Shown here: piece after piece, positions 11,770-22,036 of the stretch
Layout of the letters: every line of letters begins with the position of its first letter
Numbering within the stretch: position 1 is the first letter of the stretch
Assembly (NCBI GenBank): GCA_030265395.1
Contig: JARFYF010000012.1
Location: 35,951,277 to 36,015,276 of the forward strand
Direction of reading: 5' to 3'
DNA from: Rhina ancylostomus
Taxonomy: Eukaryota
Length of the DNA stretch: 64,000 bases
The notes under the pieces: generated by a model
The model's input: the letters and a program-made list of their open reading frames with translations, nothing else
What the model was told of the DNA's origin: nothing
The model's database searches: none
Made by a program: the position numbers and the translations under genes

Positions 11770-11900
11770 AGGAACCTATATTTTACAAAGCATCTTTCAT
11801 AACCTCAGGACATCTCAAAGTACCCTTGAGCTAATTCTGAAACGTCACCACCATTGCTATAGCCAATATCCACAATTCAAACTCTCACAAAGAGCAACTT
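11770..11900 (-). mobile_element. Deu-domain SINE 3' portion
   Basis: catctttcataacctcaggacatctcaaagtacc...agccaatatccacaattcaaactctcacaaagagcaac is the reverse complement of the DeuSINE tail. Confidence 0.6.
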
Positions 11901-12829
11901 CCCTCTGTCTACATAATTTTGCTCAGAATTTCCACTGCAAAATGCTGCTTTTTAGTTTTACACAATTAAAAATTGTATTTTTTTTGCAGAGTGAGAAGTG
12001 ATAGTGATGCTTTTCAGGCTGTTTTCACATCATTCCTGAAATTCCATCATGTGATGCAATTTCCACATTGGGAGACTTTGAATGGCATCTTAGCCCCATT
12101 CAACGATCCCTATGGAGCATTGTGGGGAAACACAGATCAATCTGTTCTGGGAACAACCATCTTTGGCCACTCCTGGGATAAACAGGCCTTCTCAACTCNN
12201 NNNNNNNNATCAGAGAATCCACCTTTCATCCTTGTGCCCCAGCAGCATCCCACCCGATTCCCTGATCTTTGGATGTCCCAAACCCCCAATCTTTCTGTCC
12301 ACCCATTCCAGCAATCCTCCTGGTCGTAAATGGAGATCTTGATCTCCAAACACACACAGTTATGCCACTTCAGCACTATCCCTAGCTAATCACCTATCCA
12401 TTTCTGGAAAGCAGCCCCAATTTTCAGCCATGCCTCCAACTGACACAAGGCCCAAGCCCAATCGCTCCCCTATCCACCGCAGACACAGCACAGACTTGAT
12501 CTCTCTTCCCCCATCCTTGATCACTGCACAAGNNNNNNNNNNNNNNNNNNNNNNNNGCTCAATTCTTCTCCCCATATCCCACCCCTGACCACAGCACAGA
12601 CTCAATCCTTTCTCCCTCCCCCCCCCAACATTTTTTCTACTGCAGGTGCTGTAGCTGCCAGTCTCCCCAATCCTGTGTACCTGGCCTCACTTTAAACCCA
12701 ATTATAGGGCAGCACATTTTCATTCTCAAAAGTATGCAACGCCCATTCATTTGTATTTGTGGCCTTCAACCTCAAATATGGTTAAAATTTGCAATTGTGA
12801 GGGGTGGTGTCCATGAGCAAAGCACCCAT

Positions 12830-13500
12830 CCCTTTTGACCACTGTAGAATTTCTAGGCCAACCTTCTTTCGGGATGTTAACTGAGCAACAGTTCTTGGTG
12901 AGGACACATAGATTGCTTAGGTCCAGAAAAGCCATCTCTAAAGATAATTCTATCATGTCCTCATGCAGAATGTGGTACAATTATTCTATTTATACTGTGC
13001 AGTAAGTTCCATTTTAGTTTTATCTACATGATGAAAAAATATAATTTTGTTGGGCTCATTTTCCTACAAAACATCCCTGATTCTGCCCTTTCTTAATCCT
13101 GGACTGATGTTCCTCCCTGACCAGCACAGCAACAAAATGATTAACCGCAGGACACCTCACAATATGGTTTGGGTAAAAGATTTTCCAGAGATCAGTCAGG
13201 TTGCCTGTTGTCAAAAGTTTGGTAAGCAGGTAAACAAAACAAAAACCACACACATTAACCTGATGCAAAATCTTTTTTATCATCTGGCAATTATTTCTCA
13301 AGCTTCAACCTCTGATGAAAACATCAACAGAGACTGGTATTAGGTATTCTTCTTTTCACTCCTTGTTAATTATCTTTGGTGCCTTAGGGGCACAAGTCAT
13401 AAGGTTTTGGGCCCTCCAATGTCAGTCAGTTTCATGGTAATATAAGTTAATGAGCTCCCAGCAGCACTCAAGCTCCAGACTGTGACAGAACACCAGTTCT
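12830..13500 (+). pseudogene. Decayed PIF/Harbinger (HARBI1-like) transposase relic
   Basis: Collinear degenerate motifs across frames: LTEQQFLVR..RLLRSRKAI (~12877), EISQVACCQKFGKQVNK (~13188), GAL..T (~13378), LKLQ..CD (~13467). Confidence 0.4.
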
Positions 13501-14185
13501 GTTAGCTCCCATTTCACAACACACCCTGTATATTCTAATTATGCCAGCAGCTCACTGTAAAGATGTATGTAACTTCAGGGCCTCAATCTCCAGTTTTGTT
13601 CAGTCTTCTGATAAAAGGTAAAGAACTTCTGGTGTTTTCGTANNNNNNNNNNNNNNNNNNNNNNNNNNNNNNNNNNNNNNNNNNNNNNNNNNNNNNNNNN
13701 NNNNNNNNNNNNNNNNNNNNNNNNNNNNNNNNNNNNNNNNNNNNNNNNNNNNNNNNNNNNNNNNNNNNNNNNNNNNNNNNNNNNNNNNNNNNNNNNNNNN
13801 NNNNNNNNNNNNNNNNNNNNNNNNNNNNNNNNNNNNNNNNNNNNNNNNNNNNNNNNNNNNNNNNNNNNNNNNNNNNNNNNNNNNNNNNNNNNNNNNNNNN
13901 NNNNNNNNNNNNNNNNNNNNNNNNNNNNNNNNNNNNNNNNNNNNNNNNNNNNNNNNNNNNNNNNNNNNNNNNNNNNNNNNNNNNNNNNNNNNNNNNNNNN
14001 NNNNNNNNNNNNNNNNNNNNNNNNNNNNNNNNNNNNNNNNNNNNNNNNNNNNNNNNNNNNNNNNNNNNNNNNNNNNNNNNNNNNNNNNNNNNNNNNNNNN
14101 NNNNNNNNNNNNNNNNNNNNNNNNNNNNNNNNNNNNNNNNNNNNNNNNNNNNNNNNNNNNNNNNNNNNNNNNNNNNNNNNNNNNT

Positions 14186-14366
14186 ACTGCATGTGCTGGA
14201 AATATGAAATAAAAAACAAAAATTGCTGGAAATACTCAGCAGGTCAGGCTGCAACTCCTGTCTTCTGTTCTGATGAAAGGCCAGTCTGAAATGTTAACTA
14301 TGTTTCTCTCTCCAGAAATGCTGTTTGACCCATTGAGTATTTTCAGCATTTTCTGGTTTTATTTCA
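14186..14366. mobile_element. Fold-back element made of two inverted PLE ends, with a hammerhead core on the + strand
   Basis: Arms tgaaataaaaaacaaaaattgctggaaatactcagcaggtca (from 14205) and tgacccattgagtattttcagcattttctggttttatttca (to 14366). CTGATGA at 14270-14276, GAAA at 14288-14291. Confidence 0.8.
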
Positions 14367-14479
14367 CTATCTACGGTAAACTGGGGAAAGCTTGTAGCTG
14401 GGTGAAATGACAGAAAATTTTGAAAAAAATCTCAAATGGTGCAGAACCAATTTACTTTTTTTTATTAAAGGAGGCAGAA

Positions 14480-15660
14480 TGTTTGCAAAAAAATAAGCCA
14501 GGGATGGTTGAAGAGGAAAGGGACAATGTAAAACTAATGAAAATGCTACCACAGATCCCAATGGCTGCAAAGTGTAACTAAATAAACAAAGGAGGCAACA
14601 CAGACAGCAGGAGCTACACCAAAGGAATATGAAAGGAAACATGCAAGGGTCTATCAAAATTAGCACAAGAAAGAAATCACAATTATAATTAGTTGAAGGA
14701 AATAGGCAAGAACAATATGGTTCCCTTGAACACTGATAATGGTAATATTATTAGTGAACAAAATGAAAAGCAGACACGTTAAATAATTGCTTTATGTCAG
14801 TATTTACAGAAAAGAGGAAAGCCAGTTGGATATACCAAAGAAACTAATACTGAATCAGAAATGGGACTCAACAAAATTAATGTAAGAAAACAGAAGCAAT
14901 GTAAACAATGACACTAAGTGGCGATAAAATCCTCATGACCAGCCATAATTTCACATTCTAGACACCAAAGTGCTCATGATTCTGGAACCATTCTTTTATA
15001 TTGGATAATAGTGTTGGATACTCAACTATTTAAGTAAAATGGGAGTGGAACATCAAGGAATTACTGACCAGTTATCTTAACACCTGTTGATTATGACAAA
15101 ATTATTGGAGTCAACAAGTAGGGATAGAATGACTAAACACCTTAATATTCTTCAGTGAATGAGAGGGAAAACCATGGATTTGTGAAGAATAGATCATTAC
15201 TGATGAAGCTGAAAGAATGTGTTTTAAGAGGTGTACAAGGGAATGTCTATGAACTTTTTTTTACGTGGACTTTCAGAAGGCAACCATTTTATTGAGTGCT
15301 GCTTAAGACACTGAGCTAAAGATAAAGCTCCTAAAATTTAAAGATATCTGATGGTATCATATAGGATCTGAGTGTCCTGCAACTATTCAATGAATTTTTC
15401 AATCAAGGTTTTTTTTATCAATAGGAAGTCGCTTATCCAGGCTTCCAGATAATATAAAAATAGGTAGCACTGTATAGACAAGAGCATTAAGTTAAAAAGA
15501 AATATTAACAGATTAAGTGGTGCATTTTAGCAAATGGATTTCAACATGGGCAACCATGAGATTATCACTTTGAACCTAAAAAGGATAGAACGGAGTTCTT
15601 TTTAAATAGTGAAAGGTGAAAAAACAGAAAGTTGTAAAGAGACTTATATTCTTTAATGGA
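14480..15660 (+). mobile_element. CR1 LINE RT region, highly decayed
   Basis: GNY*PVILT at 15057; HGFVK..S at 15174; YVDFQKA at 15262; QMDFNMGNHEIITL at 15531. Confidence 0.75.
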
Positions 15661-15869
15661 GCTCGTTCATACATCTCAGATAGAGATACTGAAAATAACT
15701 AAAGTCACAGGAATGGACAGAAGGCCATAATAAAAGGATAAACCAAGACACATCATAAACTTAACCATTCAATAGGTTTTTGCAGATCTAACCAATCTTC
15801 TTCCCTGCCTGATTCCCATGTCACTTAATTCTCTCAGAATCAAAAATCTATAAAGTATAGCCTTGTAAG

Positions 15870-17010
15870 TGTTGTAGCCTCTGAAATTTGTAACCATCTT
15901 AACCAGGACTCATTTTTTAAAAATCTTTCCAATTTGGTTTCTGTCTCTATTACTGTATCAAAATAGCTGTGATCCAAGTCCCCAATGACACTGTTAGTGA
16001 TTGTGGAAAAGATAACATGTCCTTCCTTATCCTTCTCAATCAGCTTCTAACCGTTTGTCCACCTTCCTTGTCCAATGCCACATCAATGTTGTCCAATTAG
16101 ACAGGATCACACTTATTTAGCACAATTCATATCTACCCAGCTATAAACAGAAAATCAATAAGGCCTTTTGTTCCTGCATTCATACCATTACTTTTGGTGT
16201 TCCACGACCATCTATCATTAGGCTTTATCCTATCTCTTACTTTCATGCTGCTCGTCATCCAAACATGTCAACTTCTACATATAAAAATTTTATTTCACCA
16301 CAACTTCTATCGACTCCTCAACTTTCTATATAATGTACTGCTTGTCCATCATCAGTACTGGTTGAGCAGAATTTTTTCTAACTAAAAATTGATTAGATCA
16401 AAGCCATTGTCTTCAGTCCCCATCACAATCTCTTTCTCCAACGACCTTCACCATGCCTATACATGACAACCGTCGGAAATGGCACCAATCTGTTTGCAAT
16501 CTTGTTATAACTCAATTTGAACAGTGTTTTGGAATTCTGACTGTGCCCTCTCCAAGAAAACCAATTTTCACACTGTACAAGTGCTTGCCTTTGCCTCTCC
16601 TTATCTTTTGCTGAAACTCTTATTCATGCTAATGTTCTATCCAGGTTTAACTATTTCAAAACCCTTCTGTCTGGTCTTCCTTGTCCTATTCCTCATAAAT
16701 TTGAGATCATCCAAAGTTATTGGCAGTCCAGCAAAGCCTTGACTTTAAAGTTCTGGTCCTAGTTTTCCAATTCACTTCACCTTTTCATTCCAATTCATTC
16801 CACCTACAATAGCCTCTCGGTTTCCAGTCCTCAGAGTCTGCACCATCAAATCTCATTTCTTGCTCGTACCCCTAAATTACCAATAATGATTGTGCCTTCT
16901 GCTCCCAATGCTTTAAGCTCTGTAAACTTTTTTTCACCTGTCCTCATGTGTTATACACTTAAGCCCTAAATCTTACACCAGGCTGTTGGTTACCTGCCCT
17001 AAATTCTCCA
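15870..17010 (+). mobile_element. L2-like LINE RT and 3' region, highly decayed
   Basis: QFGF (15932), IQVPND, LILLN; GVPRPSIIG-like motif at 16196; pyrimidine-rich L2-type 3' region with tgtgccttctgc...taagctctgtaa. Confidence 0.6.
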
Positions 17011-17079
17011 ACAACATAGTAACCAAGATTCTGTGGGGGTGGAGAATTTAAGATTCAAAGGGCCCCCACCCCAAGTCGA

Positions 17080-17320
17080 AATTTCATGTTATCTTAGTCT
17101 TAAATGGTTGGCCCTCCTCCCTCACGTGGGATTTTTATTTCTGTATCTGAAGAAAATAGACTTTCAGCATGTACCCCGTGAAAACCTCTCTGACTCTTGC
17201 ACATTTCAATAAGGTTACCTCCAATTTTTAAAATTCCAGTGAATATAGACATATCCTGCTTGATCTCTCCTCAAACAACAACCTCTTCACACCGAGAATC
17301 AATCCACTGAGTCGCAGTTT
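17080..17320 (-). mobile_element. CR1 3' RT fragment
   Basis: atttcaataaggttacctccaatttttaaaattccagtgaatatagac...gagaatcaatccactga matches the antisense CR1 RT C-terminus (compare 38460-38570). Confidence 0.6.
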
Positions 17321-17539
17321 CTTCAGGTAGCATTAATTACCCATCTAGTATGATTTCCCTTACCCTTTTCAAAAAGCGAAAACATCTTTCAACTTAAAAG
17401 GAAGTTCAGATATTAATAACGTTACAGAATAGGCTTATACTTTGATTTCAATTAAATTTTATTCTGGACAAGTAAGAAAAATGCAGTCCAGAATACCAGT
17501 CCAAAATTCAGTCCCAGACCAGCCGTCAATTGTAGCAGG

Positions 17540-17637
17540 GCTTACAAGCTATAACACGCTACAAAACGAAGTCGGGTAGCATCGCTGACAACAGCGTATG
17601 CCTTCCCGATGAGCTTCACCCATTCTATGCGCGTTTT
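17540..17637 (+). mobile_element. Rex1/Babar LINE fragment (pre-RT tether), cut by a gap
   Basis: Translates as GLQAITRYKTKSGSIADNSVCLPDELHPFYARF, containing the LPDELNxFYARF motif. Confidence 0.8.
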
Positions 17638-17737
17638 NNNNNNNNNNNNNNNNNNNNNNNNNNNNNNNNNNNNNNNNNNNNNNNNNNNNNNNNNNNNNNN
17701 NNNNNNNNNNNNNNNNNNNNNNNNNNNNNNNNNNNNN

Positions 17738-18150
17738 ACTGAATCCCTGCTCCTTACTCCAATCCCTCAACCACGCATTTAACCTCCTCCTCATCCTGTT
17801 CCTATACCCACTGTCGCTTAGCACAGGCAGTAATCCAGAAATTACTACCTTTGAGGTCCTGCTTCTCAACTTCCTTCCTAATTCTCTATAGTCTCTTTTC
17901 AGGACCTCATTTCTTTCCCTACCTATGTCGTTGGTACCAATATGTACCATGACCTCTGGCTGTTCCCCCTTCAGGATTTCTTGGACGTGATCGGAAACAT
18001 CCTGGACCCTGGCACCTGGGAGGCAAACCACCTTCCGAGTTTCTTTCCTCATCCACAGAATTGCCTGTCTGCCCACCTAACTATAGAGTCCCCTATCACT
18101 ACTGCCCTCGTCTCTCCTTCCCTACCCTTCCGAGCCACAGGGCCAGACTC
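17738..18150 (-). mobile_element. CR1 ORF1 fragment with SGNH/GDSL esterase-like domain
   Basis: VVCLPGARVQDV...VMVHIGTNDIG...YRELGRKLRSRTSKVVISGLLPV...RLNAWLRDW is the CR1 ORF1 esterase signature. Confidence 0.9.
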
Positions 18151-18827
18151 TGAGCCAATACATTCAGAAATACATTCCGTCACAACCTCTAACTTCAGCC
18201 CACAGCTCACACACAGCCGAGTCACTCATCCAGTACTTACAATATTATGCAGTGAGGTAAGATCATGGCCCTCCTCCCCCGACCCAGGTACAAAAGACAA
18301 GTTCCATAGAGCCACCGGAGCCTTAATTTTTGGTTTGTGATATTAATTGATCTTGACAGATTCCCTAAGACTACATAATATTCAGAGCAGGGACATGGCA
18401 ATTTGGTACCAGAGTATTTGTGTTTTCTATCACCTTTCTTCTGTTTATCCCTCTATTCTTTTCACCCACATCTCTCTTAAATGCATCTTTACCCTCTGCC
18501 CTTCAGTCCTCTGTGTGTTGAGAGTCTCATCTCCTCACCAGCCTCTACGTGAAAGTGTAGTTTTATTTTCATGATTGACAATCAGAATTAGAGTCTCGCA
18601 AAAGTGAGAACTTCTTCCCTACCTTCACCACATCAAGTCCTTTCATATCACAACGTAACAACATAATACAAGGAAAAGGAGGCATGTGGACCCCCACAAG
18701 ATCATGTACCATTCAATTAGATCATGAACAATCCTCTAATAGAATTTCACTTCCCCACTCCATCCTCTTCCCCATCAATTCTCCAGATTTCAAAAATGTA
18801 TTGATTACAACTTAACATATTCCCAAC

Positions 18828-19245
18828 AACAGTGGGTGACACAGCTGGTAGAGCTGCCACTTCACAGCTCCATAGATCCAGGTTTGATCCTGACCTTGGG
18901 TACTGAGTGGTGTTTACATTTTCTCTCTGAGATTCCCCAGGGTGCTCCAATTTTCTCCCAAATCCAAAAGATGTGCAGGTTGGCAAGTTAATTGGCCTCT
19001 GTAAACTGCTCCTCATCAGTAAGTAAGTGGTAGAATCAAATCAAGTCAAGTCAAGTTTATAGTTAGGTGCAGAAGTACTGTGAGGTACAGGTACAATGAA
19101 AGATTTGCTTGCAGCAGCATAACAGGCACGTAGGTACAGACACACACAGAATACAAATTATACTTAAGTTATAGCATACTTTGAAGAAAAATCTGGGGGG
19201 AGTTGATGGGAATGTGGAGAGAATAAAATGAGATTTGTGCAAAAG
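18828..19245 (+). mobile_element. V-SINE interrupted by an antisense LINE 3' tail
   Basis: tRNA-like head with caggtttgatcctgacc, then V domain. Breaks at tagaatc (19037) and resumes at aatctggggggagttgatggg (19190). Confidence 0.8.
19035..19182 (-). mobile_element. LINE 3' tail (Rex1/Babar-like) with a (TTGAC)n end
   Basis: The + strand reads tcaagtcaagtcaagtttat...gtacaatgaaagatttgcttgcagcagcataacaggcac, which is an antisense 3' UTR ending in short tandem repeats. Confidence 0.6.
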
Positions 19246-19848
19246 AAGTTTGGCATGTCCCTGTTGACCCTCACCAATGTTTATAGAGGCACAGTACAAA
19301 GCATCCTATCCGGATGCATCATGGTTTGGTATGGCAACTGTTCTGCCTGAGACCACAAGAAACTACAGAGAGTTGTGGACACAGTTCAGCACATCACAGA
19401 AACCAGCCTCCCCTTCATGAACTCTGTCTACACCTCTCACTGTTTCAGTAAAGTAGTCAACGTAATCAAAAGCCCCACCCATCAGGGAGAAGATACAAAA
19501 GCTTGAAAGCCACCAGGCTCAAGGACAGCTTCTATTCCGCTGTTATAAGACTATTAAATGGCCCCCTTGTATGATAAGATGGACTCTTGACCTCACAATC
19601 TACCTCGTGAAGGCCTTGGACTTCATTGTCTACCTGCATTGTATTTGTTTAGTAACTGTTACATTTTATTCTGAATTCTGTCTTTGTTTTTACCTTCCAC
19701 TACCTCAATGTACTGTTGTAATGAATTGATCATGAATGATCAATTCATTGTATGAATGGTATGCAAGGGAAGTTTTTCCACTGTACCTCAGTACATGTGA
19801 CAATAATAAACCAATTTACCAATTTAATAAACCAGTTTATCAATTTAC
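19245..19848 (+). mobile_element. Rex1/Babar LINE 3' end
   Basis: KFGMSLLTLTNVYRGTVQSILSGCIMVWYGNCS and RLKDSFYSAVIRLLN. The 3' UTR ends tgtgacaataataaaccaatttaccaattt. Same subfamily as 49860-50590. Confidence 0.9.
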
Positions 19849-21039
19849 ATAGGGTACTCCCAGACTGCTGGAAATTCTTTGCACATGGCCCTTTTATCAC
19901 AGAATCCATAAGACCCTAATTATCCGAATGTTTAACTACAATTTGGATGGTGACAGAAATCAGTTGTGATACCTTTGTTATCGGCATTTCATATGAATAA
20001 AAATGATATGTTCCGGTAATCACAGTTGAAATTCCTGTACAAAAATTACTTCACTCACAACATTGCTAAGGTACAAAAAAAATCATGTATCAAGCATACA
20101 GCTCATGAATAAAGCTTTTATAAATATGAAAATAAATTAAGAGAAGATAAAACTATTGTGCTCTAGAAGGTGCAATAACGTAATAAGAGCAGAACCTAAA
20201 TCATGAGAATTTCATTCCAGGAGAGTAATAAAAGCTACCAATAAGAATAACGTTTTTTTACAGAAAAACTGTTGACACGGCGACACAAGTGAGATGACAT
20301 TGTTTAATGAACCTTGTTGCTTCACCTCAGTAAATGTTGCATCACTGTAATTAAAAATTCATCCACTCTTTTCGTTTCTATTTATAAACTGATTTCATTC
20401 TGACACATTTTCATTCAAATTCCAGAGTAGCGATGTTAGTGAGGTGATGGCATTTACATTTGCTATCAATTCCACTCTCTTAACCAAAGCAGCAAAATCA
20501 AACAACTCAACATTTACTGGAGGTGATTTCAGAGGTGGATGGTGAGACAAGTAGGACTGTACACCCTTCCAATAGATGTAGACGTTCTGCCTTCTGGGTC
20601 TGACTGCATATTGAATGGGAAATACAGTGGCAAAAGACCATATGAGGAATTGGTGTGTTTGGTGGTGGATATGTGCAACATATTGGAGGAGAAAAGGTGT
20701 GGAGAGGAATGAGACTCAGAGCATGGCTGGATATTTGGTGATCATAGAGGCGAGAGTGACTCAGGGTTCAGAGAACATCTCAGGTAGAAAACTCAAATGG
20801 CTCAGATAAAAATGGAGGGAGTGTAAAGGGCAGGTTGACATGGTGGGGAGTAGGGAACTGGGTGGTGGTTGGAGGAGGAAAGCTACGGGAAACTCCTGCT
20901 TCACCTTCCTCACAAGGAGTACTGTCATGGCAGTCACATTATGAATCCTGCCATTCTCATCTCCTTTAATTTACTGGGTTTCACAGACCAGAGATACCTA
21001 GCTGATGAGCTGAGAACAGTAATCTGGTTAAAATGGAGG

Positions 21040-21205
21040 CCAGGCACCCTTCTTAAAAGTCTCACGACTCCAGCGACTTGAGTTCAGTCCTAACCTCTTG
21101 TGCTGTCTATAGGGAGTCTGCACATTCTCCTTGTGGTCGCATGGGATTACGCTAGGTGCTCTCTTTTCCTCCCACATTCCAAAGATGTGCAGGTTAGTAC
21201 GCTTA
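21040..21205 (+). mobile_element. V-SINE fragment
   Basis: B-box-like gagttcagtcc; ggagtctgcacattctccttgtg...ttcctcccacattccaaagatgtgcaggttag. Confidence 0.8.
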
Positions 21206-21429
21206 AGGGTCACCTCTTGAGTACTGGATACAATCCAGGAGTTTGTTCCATTCCCATTGTTTTACACATTGCATTGTCAAATAAGTTACTTCACTCTACA
21301 CATCAACAGATTTACTAAACTCTAATTAAGCAATCAATCCATGATTAGCTTAAACCCCATAGGGCATAACAGGAAGATTTTGATTAATGACCACAAACTG
21401 ATTCCTTAAACTTGAGAGGTATGTATGAG

Positions 21430-21780
21430 CATGGAAGCATAGTGGTTAAGTTATTGGATAAGAAGCTGGAATTCTCAACTGCTGATCCAAAAACATGAGT
21501 TTGAACCCCATGACAAGTGCGAGGTGGGATGGGGGGGAAGGGAATTTAAATTCAAGTTACTACATAAATCTAGAATGTGAAAAAGCTCATCTCAGAAATG
21601 GTAATCATGCCACTATCATATTGTCATAAAAATTCATTTGGTTCACTAATGTAAGGAAAGAAATCTGCCATCCTCACATGCTCTGGTCTTTCTGTGACTC
21701 GAGACCTACCAAACTGAGGATTTGAGGCATGGACAATAAAAGCTGGCAGTATTACAACCTATGAATGAATAAATAAAAAG
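21430..21780 (+). mobile_element. tRNA-headed SINE sharing its tail with the family-B LINE
   Basis: A-box-like agcatagtgg, B-box-like gagtttgaaccc, body ggaatttaaattcaagtta...ggttcactaatg, tail atggacaataaaagctggc...atgaatgaataaataaaaag. Confidence 0.75.
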
Positions 21781-21954
21781 TTGACTCTTCTATTAATCTG
21801 CTCAACCATGAATGTGAAATCTACTATTCTGGAATTGATCTAACACTGGGAAGTCACCAACACCTTCGGCATGCCTCAGATTTCTCCGGCCCACTCTGCA
21901 TATCTGTTTCATTATTAATTTTCACTGCTCCTGCTGTGGTATTCATGATGAGAG

Positions 21955-22036
21955 ATTAAATGGGAAGATCTTACAGAGGAATACAACAGAGAGCATACAA
22001 AAGGAAGATCATTGACACTGCTTCAAAACAAATGGT
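21955..22036 (+). pseudogene. Possible Myb/SANT-like (trihelix) domain relic
   Basis: A frame not in the ORF track reads IKWEDLTEEYNREHTKGRSLTLLQNKW*, with the W..(I/L)...(F/Y)N......R(S/T).....KW spacing of Harbinger-associated Myb-like proteins. Confidence 0.35.
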
